DNA from: Escherichia coli
GTDB taxonomy: Bacteria; Pseudomonadota; Gammaproteobacteria; Enterobacterales; Enterobacteriaceae
Assembly (NCBI RefSeq): GCF_050320075.1
Contig: NZ_CP190018.1
Length of the DNA stretch: 64,000 nt
Reading direction: 5' to 3' (one strand)
In this document: piece after piece, positions 8,273 to 18,222 of the stretch
Position numbering within the stretch: the stretch's first letter is position 1
How the letters are laid out: the number at the start of each line of letters is the position of its first letter
The notes under the pieces: generated by a model
Told to the model about the DNA's origin: nothing
Seen by the model: the letters and a program-made list of their open reading frames with translations, nothing else
Database searches by the model: none
Translations under genes and position numbers: made by a program

Positions 8273-8644
8273 TTATTGCTCGCTTAACTTCTGCTTCAGC
8301 AAGTAACCTTCAAGCATCCAGATTTTGTTTACAGCATTCTGCCGGGCAATCTTCCGACCAATTTCCGCATCAAAGTTTTCCGGGCTTGCACAGGCGCTCT
8401 CTCCGGTGACGGTGAAGCCGTTGCGCAGCACCAGAACGCAGAACGTCAGCAGAGAAAGTGATTCGTGCGGCTGGTAGTTTACCTCTCCGCCAGTATGTTT
8501 CGCTTTTATGGCTACGCCAAAGACACCATCTTCTGCTGTGAAATATGCCTCCTGAGCAATAATGCTCTCGATATGGTCTGGCGTAACGCGCGGCGCGGCT
8601 AAACCTTTAGCCTGAATTTCAGATTCAATGTCTTTGTCACTCAT
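8273..8644 (-). CDS. Hypothetical protein, opposite strand (moron-like)
   Basis: 123 aa ORF on the minus strand between terminase and the tRNA, with its own terminator; family not recognised. Confidence 0.5.
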   Translation of the reverse strand: MSDKDIESEIQAKGLAAPRVTPDHIESIIAQEAYFTAEDGVFGVAIKAKHTGGEVNYQPHESLSLLTFCVLVLRNGFTVTGESACASPENFDAEIGRKIARQNAVNKIWMLEGYLLKQKLSEQ

Positions 8645-8761
8645 AGTCTAATCTCACCTTAAAAAAATGCCCGGCGAACCGGGCGAACTGGAAGCAATGA
8701 GTTATGCCTTCCGTGGCTGTACTGGTTTACAGCATGAAGTCATCGCAATGGCGTCCTGCTG

Positions 8762-8803
8762 TAAAAAGGGCGGTGATAGTCCTTCAAGGGAAACCATCAC
8801 CGC
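8762..8803 (-). terminator. Possible terminator downstream of the phage tRNA
   Basis: Imperfect hairpin GGCGGTGAT...ATCACCGCC followed on the minus strand by CTTTTTA. Confidence 0.4.
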
Positions 8804-8847
8804 CAAGCACCTGGAACTTCTGGCATCACGGTCCTTAGGCGTGATTC

Positions 8848-8924
8848 TGGCGTGGCATGCAGGATTCGAACCTGCGACCAACCGCTTAGAAGGCGGTTGC
8901 TCTGTCCAACTGAGCTAATGCCAC
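8848..8924 (-). tRNA. tRNA-Arg (anticodon UCU, reads AGA), phage-borne
   Basis: Hand-folded cloverleaf: 7-bp acceptor stem GTGGCAT/ATGCCAC, D-stem GCTC/GAGC, anticodon stem ACCGC/GCGGT with loop CUUCUAA, T-arm GCAGG-TTCGAAT-CCTGC, encoded 3' CCA. Confidence 0.9.
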
Positions 8925-9247
8925 AACGCTGAGAGCACTTAGCCTGTTAAGTGCGCCACACTTTGTCGCAGCTCCATAAATGCTCTCATCGTTGTACCCT
9001 CGTCTCTTCCGAGGCGTCACACCGAATCGCCGGGATGGTGAATCCCCGTGCGCGGAATAAAACCGCTCGACTTGCACATTCCGGCTACCTGGTTCGTTTG
9101 CCCGAGCAAGGGAGGGTGCCCCTTAAACGTATCCAGACCGCTATCGGCGCATGTGCCATACGCCGTACTGCTCAAAATAAAAGCTCACTCCACCTGTTCA
9201 ATTTAACGACAAGCCAGTCAGGTTAATAACCGGAATGAACCATTTAC

Positions 9248-9262
9248 TTACCTGAAAGGTAA
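9248..9262. promoter_or_regulatory. Operator-like palindrome TTACCTGAAAGGTAA upstream of the portal operon
   Basis: Perfect copy of the motif, followed by TAATAA. Confidence 0.6.
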
Positions 9263-9352
9263 TAATTCGTGCGTTAAATGTCAACTACCTACGATAAATA
9301 AATCATATGTGGTTAAATTGGTAATAATTTAATTGCGTACGGAGTCATTGAT

Positions 9353-9559
9353 ATGTGCATGGGTAGCTCACCATCAGTGCCTGCAACACCAGAAGTTCAG
9401 GCAGCACCACAGGAGCAGGATGCCGCCGTTGTTGATGCCCGCGACGAAGAAACACGTCGCCGTCGCGCTGCTGCTGGTCGTAGTTCTACGCTGCTTACCG
9501 GTTCTCAGGGCGACACATCAACTGCTAATACCAGCGGTAAAACGCTGCTTGGTCAGTAA
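9353..9559 (+). CDS. Small low-complexity protein (68 aa)
   Basis: GGAG RBS; its translation initiation region (CGGAGTCATTGA + ATG) is nearly identical to that of the portal gene. Confidence 0.45.
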   Translation: MCMGSSPSVPATPEVQAAPQEQDAAVVDARDEETRRRRAAAGRSSTLLTGSQGDTSTANTSGKTLLGQ

Positions 9560-9573
9560 CCGGAGTCATTGAA

Positions 9574-11253
9574 ATGGCGGAAACAACTAAAGAGCGATTG
9601 AGCAAACAGTTCGCACAACTTGAAAGCGAGCGTCAGTCGTTCGAGCCGCACTGGCGCGAGTTGAGTGATTACATCAACCCGCGTGGTTCCCGCTTTCTGA
9701 CTTCTGAGGCCAACCGTAACGATCGGCGCAATACACACATTATTGATTCGACCGGGACTATGGCGGCGCGCACTCTCGCCAGCGGCATGATGTCAGGCAT
9801 CACAAGCCCCGCGCGTCCGTGGTTTCGCCTGGCTACGCCAGATCCTGAAATGATGGATTATGGCCCTGTTAAGTTGTGGCTTGAGGCGGTGCAGAACCGC
9901 ATGAACGATATGTTCAATAAGTCGAATCTCTATCAGTCGCTGCCGCAGTTATACGGAAGCCTCGGCACATACAGCACCGGTGCAATGGCGGTACTGGAGG
10001 ATGATGAGGACATCATTCGCACAATGCCATTCCCGATAGGCAGTTACTACCTGGCTAACTCACCTCGTGGCAGTGTTGACACCTGTTTTCGCAAGTTCTC
10101 TATGACTGTTCGTCAGCTTGTTCAGGAGTTCGGGCTAAATAACGTCAGCGAATCCGTAAAAAGCATGTGGGAAAGCGGCATCTACGAGAAGTGGATTGAC
10201 GTGATGCATTCGGTTTACCCGAACATTGACCGCGATACATCGAAGCTGGATAGCAAGAACAAGCCATTCAAATCGGTTTATTACGAGGTTGGTGGCGATA
10301 ACGACAAGTTGTTGCGTGAGTCCGGATTCGATGAGTTTCCAATTATGGCTCCGCGCTGGGAAGTTAACGGTGAAGATGTTTATGGATCATCATGCCCGGG
10401 CATGCTGGCGCTTGGACCTGTTAAGGCATTGCAGCTTCTCCAGAAGCGCAAGTCGCAGTTGATTGATAAAGCCACCAATCCGCCGATGGTTGCTCCGACT
10501 TCCCTCAAGAATCAGCGCGCCTCCCTTCTTCCTGGCGACATCACGTATATCGATCAGATTACTGGTCAGGATGGCTTCAGGCCTGCTTATCTGGTTAACC
10601 CCAGTACAGCAGATTTGGTGGCAGACATTCAGGACACTCGTCAAATCATTAACAGCGCCTACTTTGTCGATCTGTTCATGATGTTGCAGAACATCAATAC
10701 CCGCTCGATGCCTGTTGAAGCGGTGATCGAAATGAAAGAAGAAAAACTTCTGATGTTGGGGCCGGTTCTGGAGCGTCTGAACGACGAATGTCTTAATCCT
10801 CTCATTGACCGCGCTTTCTCGATGATGGTGCGTAAAAACATGCTGCCGCCACCGCCTGACGCGATGGAAGGCATGCCCCTGAAGGTCGAATACATTTCCG
10901 TCATGGCTCAGGCGCAGAAGTCTATCGGCCTGTCCAGTCTGGCGTCCACGGTTAACTTCATTGGTCAACTTGCGCAAGCGAAACCAGAAGCTCTCGACAA
11001 ACTCAACGTTGATCAGGCGATCGATGCATTCGCTGATATGTCCGGAGTGTCTCCAACCGTCATTGTTCCGCAGGAACAGGTTGAGCAGGCTCGCCAGCAA
11101 CGGGCACAGCAGCAACAGCAGCAACAAATGATGGCGATGGGGATGGCGGCGGCACAGGGGGCCAAGACGCTAAGCGAAGCTAAAACTTCGGATCCGAGTG
11201 TTTTGTCAGCTATGGCGAATGCAGTTAGTGGTCAGGGTGGGCAATCACAATGA
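9574..11253 (+). CDS. Portal protein
   Basis: 559 aa, immediately after the terminase region; size and position typical. Confidence 0.7.
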   Translation: MAETTKERLSKQFAQLESERQSFEPHWRELSDYINPRGSRFLTSEANRNDRRNTHIIDSTGTMAARTLASGMMSGITSPARPWFRLATPDPEMMDYGPVKLWLEAVQNRMNDMFNKSNLYQSLPQLYGSLGTYSTGAMAVLEDDEDIIRTMPFPIGSYYLANSPRGSVDTCFRKFSMTVRQLVQEFGLNNVSESVKSMWESGIYEKWIDVMHSVYPNIDRDTSKLDSKNKPFKSVYYEVGGDNDKLLRESGFDEFPIMAPRWEVNGEDVYGSSCPGMLALGPVKALQLLQKRKSQLIDKATNPPMVAPTSLKNQRASLLPGDITYIDQITGQDGFRPAYLVNPSTADLVADIQDTRQIINSAYFVDLFMMLQNINTRSMPVEAVIEMKEEKLLMLGPVLERLNDECLNPLIDRAFSMMVRKNMLPPPPDAMEGMPLKVEYISVMAQAQKSIGLSSLASTVNFIGQLAQAKPEALDKLNVDQAIDAFADMSGVSPTVIVPQEQVEQARQQRAQQQQQQQMMAMGMAAAQGAKTLSEAKTSDPSVLSAMANAVSGQGGQSQ

Positions 11254-11546
11254 CAGATTACGAAGACGATCAACTGAAAGAAGAAAACGCCCGTAAGCAA
11301 CGTGACATGGCACAGCGTGAAATTGATGACATTCGCTTTGTCATGAGCTGTGAACAGGGGCGTCGGGTTGTCTGGTCGGTACTGGAGAAAGGCCGTGTGT
11401 TTTCCGCTATCTCGCCGATGGACGCTATGGCAATGGCATTTAATGAGGGGCAACGCAATCTGGCGCTGGAACTGTTTCAGCGCGTTATGGCGCATTGCCC
11501 TGAACAGTATTTGAAGATGGCCAAAGAGGCCAGTGAACAGGAGTGA
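11250..11546 (+). CDS. Hypothetical head-morphogenesis protein
   Basis: 98 aa ORF overlapping the portal stop. Confidence 0.45.
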   Translation: MTDYEDDQLKEENARKQRDMAQREIDDIRFVMSCEQGRRVVWSVLEKGRVFSAISPMDAMAMAFNEGQRNLALELFQRVMAHCPEQYLKMAKEASEQE

Positions 11547-11548
11547 TC

Positions 11549-12244
11549 ATGAATTTATTTGAGCGTTTGCTGTATAGCCGTCTTTGCAATGAGCAACCAG
11601 TCGATGGTGGAGCAGCTCCGGCTGCGTCAGAACCGTCAGCGCCTGCAGGTGATAACCCTGCTCCAGTTGGTGATCCATCACAACAGGAAGGTGATAAGCC
11701 ACAACCTGTTGCTGATGGCGATAAACCTGCTGATGACAAAAAGCCTGAAAACGATAAGCAGGATGAAAAAAAGGACGGCGATAAACCAGAGGGTGCGCCT
11801 GAGAAGTACGAGTTTCAGGCTGCCGAAGGCGTAGAGCTGGATACAGAAGCGTTGAAGGAGTTCGAGCCGGTGGCGCGAGAACTTAACCTGACCAACGAGC
11901 AAGCGCAAAAGCTGGTTGATGCTTATCCGAAAATTCTGGCAGGTGTTCAGCAGCGCCAGGCAGAAGCCTGGCAGAAAACAACCGAGCAGTGGGCTGCGGA
12001 TGTAAAAGCTGACAAAGAAATCGGTGGCGACAAGTTGATTTCTAACCTTAGCGCCGCACAGCGTGCGCTTGACCAGTTCGGGACACCTGAACTCAAAGAA
12101 TATCTGAACACCACCGGGCTGGGTAATCACCCTGATCTGGTCAAAACGTTCGTGAAAATCGGAAAGGCTATGTCTGAAGATGGCATGGTCACCGGTGGTA
12201 ATGAAGGCCAGCGTAGTGCGGCCGAAGTGCTCTATGGCAAATAA
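11549..12244 (+). CDS. Scaffold-like protein (acidic, Pro/Asp/Lys-rich N-terminus)
   Basis: Low-complexity acidic region with GDKP repeats; position between portal and capsid. Confidence 0.5.
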   Translation: MNLFERLLYSRLCNEQPVDGGAAPAASEPSAPAGDNPAPVGDPSQQEGDKPQPVADGDKPADDKKPENDKQDEKKDGDKPEGAPEKYEFQAAEGVELDTEALKEFEPVARELNLTNEQAQKLVDAYPKILAGVQQRQAEAWQKTTEQWAADVKADKEIGGDKLISNLSAAQRALDQFGTPELKEYLNTTGLGNHPDLVKTFVKIGKAMSEDGMVTGGNEGQRSAAEVLYGK

Positions 12245-12258
12245 GAGAGGAGATAACA

Positions 12259-13245
12259 ATGTCTGTTAAAGGCTTAACTGCGCTAACGCTGGCTGACTGG
12301 GGTAAGCGCGTCGATCCAAATGGGAAAGTCGATAAGATTATCGAGCTTCTCAATCAAACTAACCCAATTCTTCAGGATATGCCTTTTGTTGAAGGAAACC
12401 TTCCTACCGGACACCGAACCACCATTCGTTCTGGTTTACCTTCTGCTACCTGGCGTTTGCTGAACTATGGCGTACAGCCAAGCAAATCAACCACAGTGCA
12501 GGTCACCGATTCCATTGGCATGCTGGAAACCTATGCTGAAGTCGATAAGTCTCTGGCTGATCTGAACGGTAATACTGCCGAATTCCGTCTGTCTGAAGAC
12601 CGAGCATTTATTGAAGCGATGAATCAGGCGATGGCGCAGACACTGTTTTACGGTGATTCCAGCGTTAACCCTCAGCAGTTTATGGGACTGTCCTCCCGCT
12701 ATTCCAGCCTGTCTGCGGGTAATGCTCAGAACATCATTGATGCTGGTGGCACGGGTACAGATAACACTTCAATCTGGTTAGTGGTGTGGGGCGAAAACAC
12801 CGTGCATGGCATCTTCCCGAAAGGACAGAAGGCTGGCATTCAGATGGAAGATAAAGGCCAGGTGACACTGGAAGATGCTAAAGGCGGCAAGTACGAAGGT
12901 TATCGTACCCATTATAAGTGGGACAACGGGCTGACATTACGTGACTGGCGCTATGTAGTTCGTATCGCAAACATTGATGTCAGTAATCTTGACGCTCCTT
13001 CTACTGCCGCGAATATCGCAAAACTGATGATTCGTGCCCTTCATCGAATCCCAAATCGTGGGATGGGACGTCCTGTTTTCTACATGAACAGAACCATTAA
13101 CGAAGTGCTTGACCTGCAATCTCTGGAGAAGAGTTCTCTGGCGATCAGCGTGAAAGAGACAGAAGGCGAATGGTGGACAGCACTTCGTGGTGTGCCGATT
13201 CGTGAAACTGACGCACTTCTGGAAACAGAAGCCCGCGTGGTGTAA
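12259..13245 (+). CDS. Major capsid protein
   Basis: 328 aa; strong RBS GAGAGGAG; position after the scaffold-like gene. Confidence 0.65.
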   Translation: MSVKGLTALTLADWGKRVDPNGKVDKIIELLNQTNPILQDMPFVEGNLPTGHRTTIRSGLPSATWRLLNYGVQPSKSTTVQVTDSIGMLETYAEVDKSLADLNGNTAEFRLSEDRAFIEAMNQAMAQTLFYGDSSVNPQQFMGLSSRYSSLSAGNAQNIIDAGGTGTDNTSIWLVVWGENTVHGIFPKGQKAGIQMEDKGQVTLEDAKGGKYEGYRTHYKWDNGLTLRDWRYVVRIANIDVSNLDAPSTAANIAKLMIRALHRIPNRGMGRPVFYMNRTINEVLDLQSLEKSSLAISVKETEGEWWTALRGVPIRETDALLETEARVV

Positions 13246-13296
13246 CGCCTGTTATTAACCTGTGGGCCGCAACAGGCCCACTAATGGAGAAAGAAG

Positions 13297-13734
13297 ATGA
13301 TCACCGACAAACTGTTGATGTTCTCCGAAGCACAGGCGGTAACTGATACCGCGGCTTCTACTGACGTAATCGATCTCGGTCCAATTGACGGAAACCGTCG
13401 CGATATCGGTGTGGGTTACCCGCTTGAGTTTTGGGTGCTGGTTAACGAAGCCGCCACGGCAAGTGGTGAGGCAACTGTAAACATCCAGTTGCAGACGAGT
13501 GAGAATAACAGCTCATGGTCCACTATTTATGATAGTGGCGCACTGGCAAAGGCCACCCTGACAGCAGGTAAGCGAGTTGTTTCTGCAAAGGTGCCTGCCG
13601 GTGTTCAGCGATATCTGCGTGTTAACTACTCCGTCGCAACTGGCCCACTAACGGCTGGCAAATTCACTGCGGGTATCAATCTTGATGTTGATGCCAATAC
13701 GCCGTATCCGATCCGCTCAAAAGTAACTGGTTAA
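13297..13734 (+). CDS. Hypothetical virion protein (possible capsid decoration)
   Basis: 145 aa, GGAGAAAG RBS, directly after the capsid gene. Confidence 0.45.
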   Translation: MITDKLLMFSEAQAVTDTAASTDVIDLGPIDGNRRDIGVGYPLEFWVLVNEAATASGEATVNIQLQTSENNSSWSTIYDSGALAKATLTAGKRVVSAKVPAGVQRYLRVNYSVATGPLTAGKFTAGINLDVDANTPYPIRSKVTG

Positions 13735-13744
13735 GGTGATATTG

Positions 13745-14080
13745 ATGTCAGGTGAGAAACCAAGATACCGCGTTCTGCGCCTCTCTCATATCCATAACAC
13801 TCTGTGGCCGGAGGGGGCAGAAATCGAATACGAAGGTGAGCCTGGTAGCGCACTGGAACCTGTTAACGATGCAGCCAGACAGGCAAAAGCAAAAGTTGCA
13901 GGAAAGGTGTCAATGGCAGCAACCAGCACCAAAATCATCAACGATGTGTCAGATGATGGTGAACTGGATAAGCTCCGTGAAGAGTACGAATTGCTCTTTA
14001 ACGAGAAGCCACACCATAACGCCAAAGCCGAAACGCTCCGCGAGAAGATCGCAGATAAGCGTAAAGAACTGGGCGTGTAA
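13745..14080 (+). CDS. Hypothetical protein
   Basis: ORF 13736..14080 with ATG at 13745. Confidence 0.4.
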   Translation: MSGEKPRYRVLRLSHIHNTLWPEGAEIEYEGEPGSALEPVNDAARQAKAKVAGKVSMAATSTKIINDVSDDGELDKLREEYELLFNEKPHHNAKAETLREKIADKRKELGV

Positions 14081-14136
14081 GCCTCGCGAATCAGACAAGG
14101 GGCTTCGGCCCCTTTATTGCAGGAGTATAGAAACTT

Positions 14137-14742
14137 ATGGCCTCTGTAGTAGAGATCTGCAATCGTGCGCTGTCCAATATTGGCAACAGCCGCAGTATTA
14201 ACAGCCTGACGGAAGCCAGCAAGGAAGCGGGGGAATGTTCGCTGCACTTTGAGGCCTGCCGTGATGCTGTGCTTTCTGATTTTGACTGGAACTTTGCTAC
14301 CAAACGCGTGGCGCTTGCAGATACGAGCAATCCACCGCCTGACTGGGAATATGCGTACCAGTACCCGTCCGATTGTCTGCGCATTACTGAAATTATGCTT
14401 CCTGGTGTACGCAATCCAACAGCAGCAATGCGCGTTCAGTACGAAGTTGGTGCAGACACCAACGGAACAGGAAAGTTGATCTACACAGACCAGCCGCAGG
14501 CATGGCTCAAGTATGTATCTCGCGTTTCAGATGTGAACATGTTTGATGCCATTTTTATGGAGGCGTTGGCCTGGCGTCTTGCGGCAGCCATTAACATGGC
14601 GCTGACTGGGAATGCAGACCTCGGTACGTTTGCCCTCAATATGTACAATCGCGTGATTCTTAGTGCTGGCTCGCATAGCCAGAATGAATCACAGGAACCA
14701 CAGCCACCGGTTGACGAGTTTACCATTGCGAGGTTGTCCTGA
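14137..14742 (+). CDS. Hypothetical virion/connector protein
   Basis: 201 aa, preceded by a hairpin at ~14097-14118. Confidence 0.45.
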   Translation: MASVVEICNRALSNIGNSRSINSLTEASKEAGECSLHFEACRDAVLSDFDWNFATKRVALADTSNPPPDWEYAYQYPSDCLRITEIMLPGVRNPTAAMRVQYEVGADTNGTGKLIYTDQPQAWLKYVSRVSDVNMFDAIFMEALAWRLAAAINMALTGNADLGTFALNMYNRVILSAGSHSQNESQEPQPPVDEFTIARLS

Positions 14743-17213
14743 TGGCTATCAGTTGGATCCAGCCCAGCTTTGCCGGTGGTGAGATTGGACCGTCGTTGTA
14801 CGGACGTATCGACATGGCGAAGTACCAGGTGGCATTGCGCAAGTGCGATAACTTTATCGTGCGGCAGTATGGCGGCGTTGAGAATCGACCAGGTACGCGT
14901 TTTGTCGGTGCCGCAAAATACCCAAATCGGAAATGCCGCCTGATCCCGTTCCAGTTCTCGACGGTTCAGACCTATGCTCTGGAGTTCGGACACCAGTACA
15001 TGCGCGTTATCAAAGATGGTGCGTTGGTGCTGAACAGCAGCAATGTTATTTATGAAATTGCCACGCCATATACTGAAGCCGATCTGTTCCGAATTAAATT
15101 CACGCAAAGCGCCGACGTGCTTACGCTGGTTCACCCGGCATACCCGCCGAAAGAGTTGCGCCGCTACGCGCATGACAACTGGCAACTGGTTGATGTGGTA
15201 ACGAAGAACGGGCCATTTGAAGATATCAATATTGACGAGTCAGTGACGGTTTATGCCAGCGCCAGCACCGGGACAATTACGTTAACGGCAAGCGCCTCTA
15301 TTTTTGGCGCGGAGCAGGTAGGCAAATTGTTCTATCTGGAACAGCCTGCAGTGGATTCAGTGCCGGTATGGGAAACCAGTAAGAGTACGTCGATTGGCGA
15401 TATTCGCCGTGCAGACAGTAATTACTATCGCGCCGTTACAGCAGGCAAAACAGGCACTTTGCGCCCTTCGCATACAGAAGGCACATCATGGGATGGCTGG
15501 GGCGGCTCCGGTGATGATGATACTGGCATTGAGTGGGAGTATCTGCACAGTGGTTTTGGCATTGCCCGTATCACTGCTGTAAACGGCACTACTGCAACTG
15601 CCGAGGTGATTTCCTATATCCCTTCGCAGGTCGTTGGCGAGGATAATGCCAGCTATAAATGGGCTAAATATGCCTGGAACAGTGTTAATGGTTATCCTGG
15701 CACTGTTGTTTATTATCAACAACGTCTTTACTTCGCCGCATCGACTGCGTTCCCTCAGACTATCTGGGCCAGCCGTACCGGGGATTATAAGGATTTTGGC
15801 AAAAGCAATCCTACGCAGGATGACGACAGAATTATCTACACCTATGCCGGGCGTCAGGTTAATGAGATCCGCCACCTGATTGATGTTGGTTCGCTGGTGG
15901 CGCTGACTTCCGGAGGTGAGTACGTCATCACCGGCGACCAGAACAAAGTGTTAACCCCATCATCATTTGCATTCAGCTCTCAGGGATCAAATGGCTCAAG
16001 CAACGTCCCACCAATTGCTGTGGCGAATATTGCTCTGTTCGTCCAGGAGAAAGGCAGTGTTGTCCGTGATCTGGCCTACTCATTCGATGTTGACGGCTAT
16101 CAGGGGAACGACCTTACTATCCTTGCCAATCATCTTTTTCAGAAGCACAGCATTGTTGACTGGTGCTTCTCTATTGTCCCTTACTCCAGCGCCTTCTGCA
16201 TTCGTGATGACGGTAAATTACTGGTGATGACCTATTTGCGTGATCAACAGGTTTTTGCATGGGCACCACAGTCCAGTACCGGAAAATATGAAAGCACATG
16301 CAGTATCAGCGAAGGCAATGAAGATGCGGTGTATTTCGTCGTTAACCGAACCGTTAACGGGCAAACAGTGAGATACATCGAGCGGCTGTCCAGCCGTTTA
16401 TTTACCAGCGATGAAGATGCTTTCTTTGTTGATTCTGGCCTTAGCTATGATGGAAGAAATACGTCTGACAGAACGATGACCATCACTGGTGGTTCTGGCG
16501 AATGGGATTATCGCGCGGAATATACAATCAGTGTTTCTGGTGGTGCGTACTTCACCAGTAGTGATGTCGGCGCGCAACTACAGTTCCCTTATGCCGGAAC
16601 TGATCCTGATACTGGCGATGAAGTGTCAAAGGAATTACGTTGCGACATTATTTCTGTAACCAGCAATACCGCTGTAGTGGTTCGTGCCAACAGGAACGTC
16701 CCGCCATCCCTCAGGAATACGGCCACCACGAACTGGCAGATGGCGCGCCGGACATTTGGAGGCCTGTCTCATCTTGAAGGACAGACCGTAAACATTCTTT
16801 CTGATGCGAATGTTGAGCCACAGAAAGTTGTTTCCGGAGGTGCCGTCACACTGGAATCTCCGGGGGCTGTAGTGCACATCGGCCTGCCAATAACTGCTGA
16901 ATTCGAAACACTGGATATCAACATTAACGGACAGGAAACGCTGCTGGACAAAAAACAGGTGATCCCCTCCGTTACTCTGGTTGTGAATGCCAGTCGCGGC
17001 ATCTGGGCGACTACGCCCGGCGGTAAATGGTACGAATATCCACAGCGTGAATTCGAGTTCTACGATGATCCTGTTGATGATGCTACCGGAAAAGTAGAAG
17101 TGAAACTGGACAGTAACTGGGGCAAAAACGGACGTGTAAAAATCCGTCAGCTTGACCCGTTGCCGCTGTCTGTTCTTGCCGTTATTCCTCGCCTTACTGT
17201 TGGGGGATTCTGA
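14742..17213 (+). CDS. Large structural protein (putative tail hub/tube)
   Basis: 823 aa, translationally coupled. Confidence 0.45.
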   Translation: MAISWIQPSFAGGEIGPSLYGRIDMAKYQVALRKCDNFIVRQYGGVENRPGTRFVGAAKYPNRKCRLIPFQFSTVQTYALEFGHQYMRVIKDGALVLNSSNVIYEIATPYTEADLFRIKFTQSADVLTLVHPAYPPKELRRYAHDNWQLVDVVTKNGPFEDINIDESVTVYASASTGTITLTASASIFGAEQVGKLFYLEQPAVDSVPVWETSKSTSIGDIRRADSNYYRAVTAGKTGTLRPSHTEGTSWDGWGGSGDDDTGIEWEYLHSGFGIARITAVNGTTATAEVISYIPSQVVGEDNASYKWAKYAWNSVNGYPGTVVYYQQRLYFAASTAFPQTIWASRTGDYKDFGKSNPTQDDDRIIYTYAGRQVNEIRHLIDVGSLVALTSGGEYVITGDQNKVLTPSSFAFSSQGSNGSSNVPPIAVANIALFVQEKGSVVRDLAYSFDVDGYQGNDLTILANHLFQKHSIVDWCFSIVPYSSAFCIRDDGKLLVMTYLRDQQVFAWAPQSSTGKYESTCSISEGNEDAVYFVVNRTVNGQTVRYIERLSSRLFTSDEDAFFVDSGLSYDGRNTSDRTMTITGGSGEWDYRAEYTISVSGGAYFTSSDVGAQLQFPYAGTDPDTGDEVSKELRCDIISVTSNTAVVVRANRNVPPSLRNTATTNWQMARRTFGGLSHLEGQTVNILSDANVEPQKVVSGGAVTLESPGAVVHIGLPITAEFETLDININGQETLLDKKQVIPSVTLVVNASRGIWATTPGGKWYEYPQREFEFYDDPVDDATGKVEVKLDSNWGKNGRVKIRQLDPLPLSVLAVIPRLTVGGF

Positions 17214-17677
17214 TGATCGATGTTCAAATTATTCCCGCTACCGAAGAGCATCTTCAGATGATTTTGCCGGATGTTCGTCAGGCTGATATTGACGAACTGT
17301 ATGCGGTATCACTGATGACTACCGAAGATGCGCTGCGTGTTGGTCTGCGTACTGCGACTATGGCCTGGTCAGGATTTGCGAACGGAGAACTGGTAACCAT
17401 GTTTGGTGTATCTCCGGCGTCAATGATCGGTGGCAATGGTACGCCCTGGCTGGTCGGAACCAGCCGTATTGAAAAATATCAGAAGACATTTCTTCGCCAC
17501 TGCCGCCCTGTATTGCAGCAGATGCTGGCAGTTTATCCGCGCCTGGAAAACTACGTCGACGAGCGAAACCATGTTGCCAAAGCATGGCTGCACTGGCTTG
17601 GATTCAGGCTTGAAGAAGCCGCGCCTTATGGTGCTCTTGGTCTTAATTTCCACAGATTTCACATGGAGAGAAAATAA
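17213..17677 (+). CDS. Hypothetical virion protein
   Basis: 154 aa, coupled. Confidence 0.45.
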   Translation: MIDVQIIPATEEHLQMILPDVRQADIDELYAVSLMTTEDALRVGLRTATMAWSGFANGELVTMFGVSPASMIGGNGTPWLVGTSRIEKYQKTFLRHCRPVLQQMLAVYPRLENYVDERNHVAKAWLHWLGFRLEEAAPYGALGLNFHRFHMERK

Positions 17678-18222
17678 TGTGCGATCCGGTTATTGCTGGT
17701 GGCGCAATGCTCGCCATGAGTGGCATTCAGGCATACACCCAGTACCAACAGGGAAAGTATGCCTCGAAGGTTGCAGAAGCGAACGCAGATATAGCCACAG
17801 CTCAGGCAAATGATGCAATAAACAGAGGTAACGCTGAAGCTGAGCAACGGCGCAGAGAGACCCGACAGCGGCTTGGTACACAGGCGGCGACAATGGGGGC
17901 TACCGGCGCTGATTTATCTACAGGTAACGCGCTGGATATATTTGGTGACACTGCTCAGTTTGGCGCTCTTGATTCGCTAACGACGGTGAATAACGCGCAA
18001 CGCGAGGCTTACGGTTATCAGGTTCAGGCTGCCAACTATAAAGCAGAAGCCAGATCAGCCCGTAAACAGGGGAATGTGGGAGCAGCAACAACATTGCTCA
18101 CTGCGCCTCTGAAGGCATACGGTGCGTACCAGATGTTTGGTGGGACGTGGAGTCCGTTTACTCAAAGCACTCCTGCGCCAATCGGGGCAGCAGCAGGAAC
18201 CAGATTACCCGGAGGATTATAA
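17677..18222 (+). CDS. Hypothetical internal virion protein
   Basis: 181 aa, Ala/Gly/Gln-rich. Confidence 0.45.
   Translation: MCDPVIAGGAMLAMSGIQAYTQYQQGKYASKVAEANADIATAQANDAINRGNAEAEQRRRETRQRLGTQAATMGATGADLSTGNALDIFGDTAQFGALDSLTTVNNAQREAYGYQVQAANYKAEARSARKQGNVGAATTLLTAPLKAYGAYQMFGGTWSPFTQSTPAPIGAAAGTRLPGGL

Noticed and set aside
8667-8918. + strand ORF (83 aa) overlapping the tRNA-Arg gene
   Set aside because: It overlaps a well-folded tRNA and its terminator on the other strand and has no RBS; treated as a spurious ORF.
8848-8924. tRNA as an attB site separating two independent prophages
   Set aside because: Terminase genes upstream and the portal gene downstream are on the same strand in canonical order, and no integrase flanks the tRNA; a phage-borne tRNA is the simpler reading. 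This cannot be fully excluded without the left end.
8925-9247. Additional tRNA or ncRNA between the tRNA-Arg gene and the portal operon
   Set aside because: No second cloverleaf or T-arm motif could be folded by eye; possibly just the tRNA promoter/leader. Unresolved without a covariance-model scan.
10390-11127. Long antisense ORFs inside phage structural genes (also 11678-12259, 14481-15185, 21727-22551, 22338-22979)
   Set aside because: They are fully embedded opposite well-supported coding genes and have no independent signals; shadow ORFs.
18147-18221. Upstream start of the SLT-domain protein ORF
   Set aside because: ATG 18222 has a GGAGG RBS and overlaps the previous stop (TAATG coupling); the upstream extension lies inside the preceding gene.
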